The notes below the pieces were generated by a model. That model was not told the origin of the DNA. It searched no databases and saw only the letters and a list, made by a program, of their open reading frames with translations. This document shows positions 1-11,115 of a stretch of DNA of 64,000 nucleotides, piece by piece; the first letter of the stretch is position 1; every line of letters starts with the position of its first letter. The position numbers and the translations under genes were made by a program. Source of the DNA: Camelus ferus (lineage: Eukaryota); contig NC_045696.1 in the NCBI RefSeq assembly GCF_009834535.1, positions 17,858,001-17,922,000 on the forward strand, in the 5' to 3' direction.

Positions 1-91
1 CAACTCATTAAAATAAATATTCTCAAAATTACTTTATTCAAGAATTTGTATGAAATATTATCCTCTCAATTATTTTTTGGATTTTTTTAAA

Positions 92-465
92 ATGTTCCTT
101 TAAATTATTTCTTTTTGAGTCAGTCTTGGTAGGTTGTTTGCTTCTAGGAATTTATTCATTTCTTCAAGATATTCCAGTTTGTTACTATGTAATTGTTCAT
201 TGTTGTCTCTTAAAATCCTTTTTATTTCTGTGGTATTTTAAATTTCTGATTTTATTTATTTGCGCTTCATCTTTTTTTCTTAGTCTGCTAAAGGTTTGTC
301 AATTTTGTTTATCTTTTCAAAAACCAACTCAGTTTCACTGATTTTTTTTTTATTCTTTATATTATTTATTTCTCTTCTAATAGTCATTATTTCCTTCCTT
401 CTGCTAAATTTGGGCTTAGTTTCTTCTTCTTTTTATAGTTCTTTGAAATGTAAAGTTAGAGTGTT
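92..465 (-). mobile_element. Degraded L1 ORF2 fragment (region between EN and RT)
   Basis: Aligns by eye to ~44330-44740 of the young L1 in this window (e.g. ttttcaaaaaccaactc vs ttttcaaaaaaccagct). Confidence 0.75.
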
Positions 466-1864
466 CATTTTAACAGGTGATATCTCATTGTGGTTTGATT
501 TGCATATCTCTGATGATTAGAGATGGTGAAGATCTTTTCATGTGCCTGTCAGCCATCTGTACATGTTTATTCAAGTTTTCTGCTCATTTTTTAATCAAGT
601 TGTTTATATTTTTGATATTAAGTTGTATGAGCTATTTGTATGTTTTGAATATTAACCCCTTATTGATCATATAATTTCCAAATATTTTTCCCATTCAGTA
701 GGTTGTCTTTTGGTTATGTTGATGGTTTCCTTTGCTGTGCAAAAGCTTTTAAGTTTAATTAGGTCCCATTTGTTTATTTTTGCTTTTGTTTCCTTTATCT
801 TAGAAGACAGATCCAAAAAATTATTGCTACAAATTACAACAAAGTGTGCCCCATCTACACTTTCTTCTAGAAGTTTTATAGTTTTCAATCTTACATTTAG
901 TTCTTTAATCCATTTCGAGTTTATTTTTGCATATGGGATGCAGAAGTGTTCTAACTTTATTATTTTACAGGTAGCTGTCTAGTTTCCCCAGCACCACTTA
1001 TTGAAGGTCTTTTGTCGTATGTCTTTTTTATATTGTATATTCTTGCCTACTTTGTGGTAAGTTAATTGACCATAAGCGCTTGGGCTTATTTCTGGGTTCT
1101 CTATTATGTTCCATTGATCCATGTGTTTGTTTCTGTGCCAATAACATGATGTTTTGATTACTGTAGCTTTGTAGTATAGTCTGAAGTCAGTGAGTGTGTT
1201 ACTCCCTACTTTGTTCTTTCTCAAGATTGTTTTGGCTATTCAGGGTCTTCTGTGTTTACATACAAATTAAAAAAAAATTTTTTTGGAGTCTGTGAAAAGT
1301 ATCATTGGCATTTTGATAGAGATTGCATTGAATCTGTAGATTGCCTTTAACAGTATGATCATTTTAACAATATTGATTCTTCCAATCCATTAACATGGTA
1401 TGTCTTTCTATCTGCTTGTGCTATCTTCAGTTGCCTTCATTAGTGTCTTATAGCTTTCCAAGAATGCAAATATTTGATCTCCTTAGCTAGGTTTACTCCT
1501 AGGTATTCTGTTCTTTTTGATATGATGGTAAATAGGACTGTTTCCCTAATTTCTCTTTCTGATAGTTTGATTTAGTGTATAGAAGTGCAATAGATTTCTG
1601 GATATTAATTTTGTATCCTGCAACTTTACCAAATTAATTGATGAGCTCTAATAGTTTTTTCATGATGTCTATAGGATTTTTTATGTATAATATCATGTCA
1701 TCTGCAAACAGTGACAGTTTTACTCGTTTCATTTTGAATTCCTTTTATTTATTTTTCTTATCTAATACTGTGGCTAGTACTTCCAATACTATGTTGAATT
1801 AAAGTGTCAAGGATGGGCATTCTTGTCCCCAGTTTTACAGAAAATGTTTTCAGCTTTTCACTGA
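466..1864 (-). mobile_element. Degraded L1 ORF2 fragment (RT C-half to C-terminal domain)
   Basis: Minus-strand peptides KINKWDLIKLKSFCTAKET and [22 protein letters not shown] with FADD at 1697-1708; frameshifts and stops. Confidence 0.92.
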
Positions 1865-2499
1865 ATAAAATTTTAACTATATTTTTTTTCAAAAAAATAA
1901 AAGATGCATGGTTTACGTAAAATAAGTAATTCCTTTATTTTTGGCTGGAATTAAATCACCTTGTCAACTGAGAATTTTATTTTTACTTAAACAACCTACT
2001 GTTGTTACTTACATACATGCAGTTAATTTTAAACATGGAGCTAAAGTGCTTATCCAATTAAGTCTATTTTGACAGCAATCTTTGATACTAATGAAATCCT
2101 TGAAAAAACTGAAAAAAAATGCAACTTTGCTCATGAAATAAAAAGGAGTCCACTATCACCTGTGTTATAGATAATAAGTGTCACAATAGAGTTTAATGTG
2201 CTTGTCTTCTTTGAAAAATATTTAATACTAAAGAAGACAATCATAGATCCTATTTACTTTTGGAGTCTTAAATATCCCACAAGAAAGACTTCAAATCATT
2301 CTTAGTTTCAAAAGATTTTTATTCACAAGTTACGAAGCAGACATATGCGCTGCTCTGACTTATAAACAAATAACTGAAGTGCTTGTTTATGGAGAAGAAG
2401 AGCAAAAAGAAAACAATTCAAAACAAAACCAAAAAAAATCATATTGTTTCAAGCCACGAAGAAAGATTTGGTGCACGAAGACCCCAAAGCTACTGTGAA

Positions 2500-2650
2500 A
2501 TAGCTTCAACCCTGGCCTCATCACTGAACTATGGGATCTGAGATAGATTATTTAACTTTTCGAAGTCACAGTTTCTTCCAGTATTAAACTGGGAAAATAA
2601 TACGTGGAGTCTGAGGCTGTTTAAACAATACGGGCAAAGCACTTACTAGA
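2500..2650 (+). mobile_element. MIR SINE remnant
   Basis: MIR-core-like ttatttaactttt...cagtttcttc...aaactgggaaaataatac; highly diverged. Confidence 0.5.
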
Positions 2651-3335
2651 CATGTTACTTCTCTATTTCTTTCATGGAGAAGGAAGAGTCTCTTTGACAA
2701 TGAGGAATTTCAAATATGTTTCTAGTCCAAAGGAGCTATTGAAACTAAACCAAAGGTCCATTCTCTGGAAGTTAAACTTTGTGGATCATTGAAGGTAACA
2801 CATTCCTGGTCAACTGACAGGTCTCAAGCTGGGAGAAAGCCTTCATCTATCTGGGACATAAAGAGTTCATACTATTCACTAGTGTGGAATTTCTGAAGAT
2901 AGAAGTGTTTGGAGCCTTTGGATATTGCCAGGGCTAGAGAGGATGTATTGCCTATTTTCAGAAATGGAGGAAGAGGCAGGAGAGCCAAGGGTCTGCTAAC
3001 TGCTGTCAGGAAGTAGCTGAAGGAATCAATTAGCTGATCTCTGTACCAAATGTCTTGATATTTAGGGAAAGTCAAATTGAGAATGAAGTGTCTTCTCCTT
3101 AGCTTAGTAGGATGTGGTGGTGAGGGAATGTGGGCAGTTAATAGACAGAGGAAAATAATGCCCGGAGTAGAGATTGCCAGGGGATGTGTGTACTGGATGT
3201 GTGTACTGTATTTACTTGTAATCCTGTGATTGCAGGGGAGAGGGCTGTAAAACTCAAGCCAAGCTGCTCTTGATTAAAATTAAGCCCTTATTTTTCCTAT
3301 AGCTGATTTGGCTTAGCGGAATCAAGAGTGACATA

Positions 3336-3633
3336 CGCATACTAAGTGAAATAAGCCAGAAAGATAAAGATAACATATGATTGCACTTATATGTGGAATC
3401 TAAAAAAATAACACAAATGAACCTACGTACAAAACAGAAACAGAGTCACAGACAGAAAGCAAACTTACGGTTATCGGGAGGAAAGAAGGGGAGGGATAAA
3501 TTGGGAGTTCAGGATTTGCAGATACTAACTACTATTTTATAAAATAGATAAACAACAAGGTCCTACAGTATAGCACAGGGAACTACAACCAATACCTTGT
3601 AATAGCCTATAATGAAGAAAAATATGAAAAGGC

Positions 3634-3664
<31 letters not shown>

Positions 3665-3744
3665 TATATATATATATCTGAATCACTATGTTGCACACCA
3701 GAAATTAACACAATACTGTAAGTTGACTACACTTCAATAAAAAG
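3336..3744 (+). mobile_element. 5'-truncated L1 (ORF2 end + 3'UTR) with TSD
   Basis: cacttatatgtggaatctaaaa ORF2 end, 3'UTR ending acttcaataaaaa; gtgacata duplicated at 3328-3335 and 3745-3752; internal (TA)n at ~3635-3677. Confidence 0.9.
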
Positions 3745-5399
3745 GTGACATATAAACTATTTTCCAAGTCCTGTATTCTGTTTTGAATATATCAAACTGT
3801 TTCAAAAGCAATTGTTCAAATACATGAGGACACATGTGGATAGTCTGAAAGACAGACAGAGAAAAGCATACCATTTCAAAGCAGTATTGCTTTTTCTGCT
3901 ATAGGTTTTTTATCTTGGTTTACCCAATAGGAAGGATAACATATAGATGGTAGCTTTGTGTTTTTCTTTTGTTTTGTTGTGGTTTTGTTTTGTTTTTCCT
4001 CTCTATTGCATCCTTTTCTTTTTGTTAAGGTAAAATAAGACAAATATTTTTCTTTGACTTCCTTGTGAAAATGAAATCAAATTAGTGCAATTATTTTCTT
4101 TTTTCAAAGTAATCACTTAATCTTACTCTTCTGTGAGTTAATGTTATGTTACTACTGAAAACTGAATCAGGATATCCACTCAGACTGAAAACTTTAGGCT
4201 TGTAGGACTGAGAGAGACCTGAGAGATTATTTTGTCCCACAGTTTCCCAACTCCAGCTGCACATGGAAATAACCAGTTGGAAGCACATCTCTGCATGTGG
4301 ATCTCAGGATTTGCTCATGGTGATTCTGATAAAGATTGAAGATTGAGAACGGGTGATATAATCCACCTCCTATAAGTGACAGTTTGGGTAAGTGAGATGC
4401 TTAGAGATTAAGATTTCACTCAGTGTTACCCAACGAATAAACAGCATATCTGTAACTAAAGCCATGTTTAAGACCTGAAGATATAAAACATGAGTCTAAA
4501 GTTTGACGGTATAGTTCATGCCTGAAGAGATTTAATATTACAAGCTAACCTTCTGGTTCTTGGCTTTGCTCCCAGATGAACTGACTAATTCAAATATTCT
4601 GATTCTTATTCAACAGAGTTGATTTCTTTCTAGATCTGGCACTGTGCAAGTTAGCGGGTGTGCATAATTCTGCAGCATATGGAACAGTTGAATCCATTCT
4701 TGGGTGTGCTCCTTTGTATTCCTTATATTGCCACTCATTATTCAGTTTGACTTTAATTGTGTTCTTAGGTGGATATGTTAAAGATTAATGATGCATTTAG
4801 CCTAAATCAAGACTTAGGGAGATGTGAAGATAAAAAAGAGAGTAGAAGCTATAATAGTTAAAGATTTTGCATTTTCCCTTTGGAGGCACCATATCCTGAG
4901 TCTTTTATGTGAAAAAATTTAAGTGGTTATAGTCAGTCTCTTAGTGGTGTGTTATTATCCCATATCCTTGCCAAAAAGCTGATATTCTAACTCTGCCATC
5001 CTACTTGGAAATATATAGTGAGCTGGTGTACAATGAGAGCCATTATCCAGCTCAATAGGTTGGCTTTAATTGAGCAGGGTGTGCACATAACATTTTCATT
5101 GCCTTAGTGGGAAAAAAATACAACTTCCCATTTTATATCAAATAAGATGTTAATCTTTTCACAAAGAAATACGGGTCTACATTCTAGGACAAGACTTTCT
5201 TATGTAACTGATTAAAAAATTATTGATAGGCTTTTGGTAGAAATATAGCTACAATTTAATTAACACATGCAGTAGCTGAATTAACAGGAGAAGGTCAGAT
5301 ACAATTTTCATGTGTTAAATGAGTAAGATTGCACTTAACAATAGTTATAATCAGTATTACTGCACTACTTGTAATGGTGGTAAAATAGTAACAGCAGCC

Positions 5400-5600
5400 G
5401 CAGGAACAAACATGTATTTGTGTGCCAGGCATTGTAAGTTCTTTACGTATATATATATAAATCATTTAAATGTCCACAATAATCCTATAAAATAAATACG
5501 ATTTTTATAACAGACAATGTACATGAGGCATAGAAAGTTAAGTAACTTAATCAAGGTGATGCTCTCGTAAGTTGAACATTTGGGACTGAAAGAAGAAATT
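5400..5600 (-). mobile_element. MIR SINE remnant
   Basis: tgtgccaggcattg...tgaggcatagaaagttaagtaactta, the reverse complement of the MIR core. Confidence 0.6.
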
Positions 5601-5617
5601 GTTGTTGGAGTCTTCAG

Positions 5618-5618
<1 letters not shown>

Positions 5619-5649
<31 letters not shown>
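5619..5649. repeat. (TG)n microsatellite
   Basis: Direct inspection. Confidence 0.95.
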
Positions 5650-5651
<2 letters not shown>

Positions 5652-5659
5652 TCTAACTG

Positions 5660-5771
5660 CAATATAATTAACATACTAAATAAGTCAATATTTTTAGTAT
5701 ATTTACGGAGTTTTACAAATATCACCACAATCAATTTTAGAACATTTCCTTTACCTCAAAAAGAAACTCCA
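5660..5771 (-). mobile_element. Old L1 (L1MB-like) 3' end, left part of an interrupted element
   Basis: atcaccacaatcaattttagaacattt...aaaaagaaactcc resembles the antisense of an L1MB 3'UTR; appears to continue at ~7100-7365. Confidence 0.6.
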
Positions 5772-6660
5772 TTGCTGTTAAAAAGCTTTTAAGTTTAATC
5801 AGGTCCCATTTGCTTATTTTTGCTTTTATTTCCATTACTCTAGGAGCTGGATTTTTAAAAAAAAATATTGCTTCAATTTATGTCAAAGAGTGTTCTGCCT
5901 ATGTTTTCCTCTAGGAGTTTTGGAGTACCCAGTCTTACATTTAGGTCTTTAAGCCATTTTGAGCTTATTTTTGTATATGGTGTTAGAGAATGTTCTAATT
6001 TCATTCTTTTACATGTAGTGTCCGGTTTTCCCAGCACCACTTATTGAAGATTTTGTACAGCAAAGGAAACCATAAACAGAATAAAAAGACAACCTACATA
6101 ATTGGAGAAAATATTTGCAAATGATGAGTCCAACAAGGGATTAATTTCCAAAATATACATACAGCTCATACAGCTTAATATAAGAAAACAAACAACCCAA
6201 TCAAAAAATGGACAGAATTCTTAGTAGACATTTCTCCAAAGAAAACATACAAATTGCCACAACAGGAGCATGAAAAGATGCTCAACATCGCTAACTATTA
6301 GAGAAATGCAAATCAAAACTACAATGAGGTATCACCTCACACAAGTTAGAATGGACATCACCAGAAAGTCTATAAATAATGAATGCTGGAGAGGGTGTGG
6401 AGGAAAAGAAACCCTCCTACTCTGTTGGTGGGAATGTAAATTGGTGCAGCCACTATAGAGAACAATATGGATGATCATTAAAAACTAAAAACAGAGTTAT
6501 CACATGATCCAGCAATCCAACTCCTGGGCATATATCCAGATGAAACTATAACTTGAAAAGAGACATGCATCCCAATGTTCATAGCAGCACTATATACAAC
6601 AGCCAAGACATGGATGCAACCTCAATGTCCACTGACAGATGAATGGTTAAAGAAGATGCC

Positions 6661-6691
<31 letters not shown>

Positions 6692-7100
6692 GAATATTAC
6701 TCAGCTATATAAAAAAGAATGAAATAATGCCATTTGTAGTATTATGGATGGACCTAGAGATTATCATATTAAGTGAAGTAAGTCAGACAGAAAGACAAAT
6801 ATCACATGATATCTCTTACATGTGGAATCTAAAATAATGACACAAATGAACTTATTTATAAACCAGAAACTGACTCACAGACGTAGAAAACAAACTTACA
6901 GTTACGAGGGGGAAAGGGGATGGAAAGGGATAAATTGGGAGTTTGAGATTCGCAGATACTAGCTACTATATATAAAACCGATAAGCAACAAGGATCTACT
7001 GTATAGTACAGAATATTAAATATCTTGTAATAATCTATAATGGAAAAATATGAAAAATAATATGTATATGTATATGTTTAATTGACTCACTTTGCTATAC
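5772..7100 (+). mobile_element. L1 insertion with 5' inversion (5772-6050 antisense, 6051-7100 sense)
   Basis: Sense part encodes a degraded ORF2 C-terminus ([18 protein letters not shown]) plus 3'UTR; the antisense part is the immediately upstream ORF2 segment; (GT)n at 6661-6688. Confidence 0.88.
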
Positions 7101-7365
7101 TCTATAACTTTGCTTATTTGTAATTACATATAAGTGGTATCACATAGTATGTGGTCTTTTTTTATTACTGTTTTCTTTTACTTGGCATAATGTTATCAAG
7201 GTTCATCCATATTGTAGAATGTGTTAGTACTTGACTCCTTTTTATTGATGAACAATATTCCATTGTATGGATATACCATATTTTATTTATCCATGCATCA
7301 GTAGATGAATATTTGGATTATTTACACTTTTTGGCTATGACAAATAATGTTGCTATGATTATTAA
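7101..7365 (-). mobile_element. Old L1 (L1MB-like) 3' region, right part
   Basis: ggttcatccatattgtag...tattccattgtatggatataccatattttatttatcca, typical L1 antisense 3' sequence. Confidence 0.7.
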
Positions 7366-9169
7366 TGCCATAGCCTTTAAGCCTTAACAAAGCTGCCTGG
7401 AGTTTATGTACCATTTAAGGTAAATACTTTTGCTGATTCATATTTTTATGAAAAAAATACAATTCAAAATTGTAGACAAGTCTACAATATCCGAACAAGG
7501 AACCATAATTTTACTATTAGCTTCCTTCTCTGACAAAGAGAAATTCTACTCATTAATCTCATAATAGAATGGTTCTAACTTTTCAGAACATTGACTAGGT
7601 TTTATTTATTTTTACTCCATACACTTGTCCAGATTCTAGTATATATTAGATGTTCAATAAACCTTTGCTAAGTAAATAAATTGATTTAAGTAAAATATAT
7701 TTACTAGAAGTGGTCTGCACTCATTAAGAATAAATAAATTTGCTTCAATTTCATCTTCTTCTGGATGACTGGCCTTTTTGATTGGGCATTACCAAAGACA
7801 CCAAACAGTGGAGTCTAGCTGTGGGAACCTCTTCCATGGTATACAAGATAGCATTGTCTTTTTAAGATGTCCTTCCCCTGAAGTAGTTAAGTTCCCAACT
7901 CTCTGAGGGAATGTATCTGAATTTCTTGAGTCTTTTGGATAACATTTGATCTTTGTTTTCCATTAAGAGTGTTTATAATGCTTCAGAATGTCCTCTGCAC
8001 GAGGATGGAGACTTTCAACAGGTATTTCAATTTCCACAGCAGATCGTCACTGTTCAGACAGATTATTAGAAACTCCAGCTGACCCTAGAGTTTATCTAAG
8101 AATCCAAATTCCATTATTCTATGCCTATGAGTGGCGCTGGGAACTGATATAATCACTGAACTTTAGTCTGTTACCTGTAATTCACAGCTCCGTCCTGATA
8201 AGAGAAACATCACCTCGGTTGCTGATGTACATTTCAGCTTTCCGCTACTACTTTAACTTCTTTTCTGTGACCCAGATCCCTTGCTTGGATCTGTGATAAC
8301 CTGCTAGATCTCATCAGTTTCATTTCTCTGAAGGGATTTCTAAGGTCTTCTCTCTCTTGTCCATACACTAAATGAACCAAAGATCCCCTCTCCTCATGAC
8401 AGCGTCCCCTCTCCTGCGTGATGCTTGCCTTCACCTCTGGGAGTCCTCCTGCCATTCCTCCAGTCAGGAAAGGATTAGACAGAGTTGGCACACACCATGC
8501 AACCTCTGTTCGCTGGAGGAACATATCGTATACTTGCATGAATTTCTCTTTAAATCTGCTCCTACTTACTCCCGAATAAATCACATCTCTTCATTGTTAC
8601 GTGAATGAGGTTCCAGCATGCTTCTCAGATGAGACAGTAAAAAAATTCTTACATTTACCTTCATTGCAAATTGAATGGATGGAAGGCTCAATCATGTTCA
8701 TGAGGCTGTTCCAAATATATTTATATTTCAAATAAATAGGCATATCTCAAAATTAACTAGTTGGAATTTTAGGCTATTTCACTGTATCACCAATGAACCT
8801 GCTTATTCATTGGTAGGTTTGGCATTTAAAAAAAAACACATGTTCAGCAAAATTAGCAGCCTCGCCTTATATTTAATATCACATATTTGACAGCTCAATA
8901 TTAACTCAAACTTGAGAACTTTATACTGAGAATTCATCATAAATGTATTTTTCTTGTAAGTACTTCTACCTTTATCTTCCCTTGAGATGCTAAACATCAT
9001 GTTTAAATCTCAATTCCCATTATAACTATTATTTGATGTGTGTGAGAGTGTGTTTGTTTCTTTAGCTTTCTGATGTTTTCTCTTTTTTTTTTTTTTATAT
9101 CCATTCCAATGCAACTTGGTCATACCATCAGTAGCTACTTCTACCAATATAAAAACATCTATTGAAGTC

Positions 9170-9330
9170 AAACAGATTTAGTTCCTGTTTAGTTATGTGA
9201 CTTCTAATTTTCTTTGAGTGTCAGTTTCCTCATCAGAAAAAGGTAACAAAAATTAAAATAAATTAATGTGAGGATTAGAATGAATGCTTATAAATAACTA
9301 GCACAATTTCTGAAAATAAACAGTATCCAA
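9170..9330 (+). mobile_element. MIR SINE remnant
   Basis: tctttgagtgtcagtttcctcatc...gtgaggattagaatga...tagcacaattt. Confidence 0.55.
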
Positions 9331-9674
9331 CTGACATACCATTATTATACAAGTATATTTTATTAAAACATAATCATTGCATTTTTTCTAACAATATTTC
9401 TCAATAGAATGTCAAGTGAGAATGATGTACTTAAAATTCTTATTTTACTTAGTTGAATTTTAAACAACTCACCGCCACTCATTTGCAGACCCCTTCTTGG
9501 CTCAAAAGAGCAAAATACAAACAATTCTTATTTTGTGCTCTAAAGATGATAGTCAAGGTAATACTATTTTTTAGTTGTTTTGTTTTTTTCCTTTTTCCTG
9601 CAACCTTGTAAGGTATAGAGCCTGCCCTTTTATAATCAGTCAGCAAATTATTAATTAAGGACTGATTTTCTTAC

Positions 9675-9752
9675 CCTGTTCATGGTTCTGTAAGTCACAC
9701 ACACGTACTCGGTAAACTGTCTGCCTGGGGATACCACATTAATGTTATCGTC
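9675..9752 (-). other. Candidate 78-bp exon of an unidentified host transcript
   Basis: Minus strand: tttttctctgttatttcag|GAC...AACAGG|gtaaga; phase-0 frame open (DDNINVVSPGRQFTEYVCVTYRTMNR); contains accATGaac near its end; lies in non-repeat DNA. Confidence 0.45.
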
Positions 9753-10784
9753 CTGAAATAACAGAGAAAAAGAGCTAAGCCAAACAGGCAACAGTTCTAT
9801 GGAAAAGAAACTAAAAATAGTGTTTCTGAGCACTGACAGGGTTCAGCATACATCTCTCAGATCTTCTTGTTGTTCTGAAACAGCATGCTGCCAAAATATG
9901 CTTCCAATTTTTGAAAAGCTGCTATGCAGAAATATATTGAACTAATGGTATAGAAGATTTGTATCTCACTGTACACATTTTGTTCTCCTTGACTGTTGAG
10001 TGGTGCCGAGACTCCAGGGTTATGCATTTTTCAAATAAATTGACAGAGCTATTGTGGCAATGGGATTTGACAGAACAACACATTCATTGCTTTGCTGATT
10101 CAAGTTGCATTGTTGTGCTAAGCCTATTTTATTTTTTTGAACTCTTTCACTGAGTCAGTAAGATTATAAAGCAAATATAAATAACAAAGTAAAGATGATT
10201 TAGTATAATAAAAAGGGCTAAAAAATAAAGTCTCATATGAAAGAAGTTGTTTTTTTTTTTTTTAAGACAGAGATGCCTGTGTTCAAAACTGCATCTGACT
10301 AGTCAAAAATGCAGATTAGTTACCCTGCGTTCCTTCCTCCTATATTGTTGTTAGACGTTAGGAAGGTTCTCTGTCCTTCTCTCTTGATTCAATCTTTACT
10401 TTCAAATATTGGAAAAATGAGTTTTTCAGAGTTACTTGTAAAGCAGCAAAACCAAATTAACACATTTCCAAGGGTTTAAGAGAGAGCCTTTTAAAAATAA
10501 ACTATTGACTTATTTTTCGTTGTTCAGCACTTTGATTTGTTTTTCTCTCATTCTTTGATTTCTAGTCTTTATTCTAAAAAGAAGCAGATCAACTTCCTAC
10601 CAGATTCTGAGTCTTCTCAAGAAAACCTCTGTCAAATAATCATAAAGTCACCTTAGAAGTGATAACTTCATGATCTGAGACTCTAATATATCACAAGGAG
10701 GAACTTTCATTGCTTTGTTATGTGACGAGCTAAGTCTCCTCTCCCTCAGATCTATGCTCAATCTTCTGGGCAAAGCAGAGCAAA

Positions 10785-11115
10785 TTCATTTATTTATTAT
10801 TCATTTATTGATTATTGGATACTGTTTCAAATACTGGGGATTCATCAGTGAATACATTAGACAAACTAAATCCTTTACTTGTGGAATTTGTAATCTAATA
10901 AGGGAAGATAGAAAATCAATGCAGAAAACAAATTCAACACGTTATTGGATATTATGTGATTAGGAGCGTGTATGTGTGTAGAGGTAATTTTGATCATGCT
11001 GCCATGGAAAGCCTTACGGAGGTGATGACAGTTGAGTAAAGACCTGAAGGAAGTGAGGGGCTGAGTCACATAGATTTGAAGGAAGATTTCAGGGACGAGG
11101 AAATAGCAAGGGTAA
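10785..11115 (-). mobile_element. L2 LINE remnant
   Basis: ttcatttatttattattcatttattga tail; ggaggtgatgacagttgagtaaagacctgaagga...aaatagcaagggtaaa typical of L2 antisense. Confidence 0.6.

Noticed and set aside
8234..8608. Overlapping 116-aa and 78-aa ORFs as a possible processed pseudogene
   Set aside because: No recognisable protein similarity, polyA or TSD; lengths are compatible with chance in a locally GC-richer patch.
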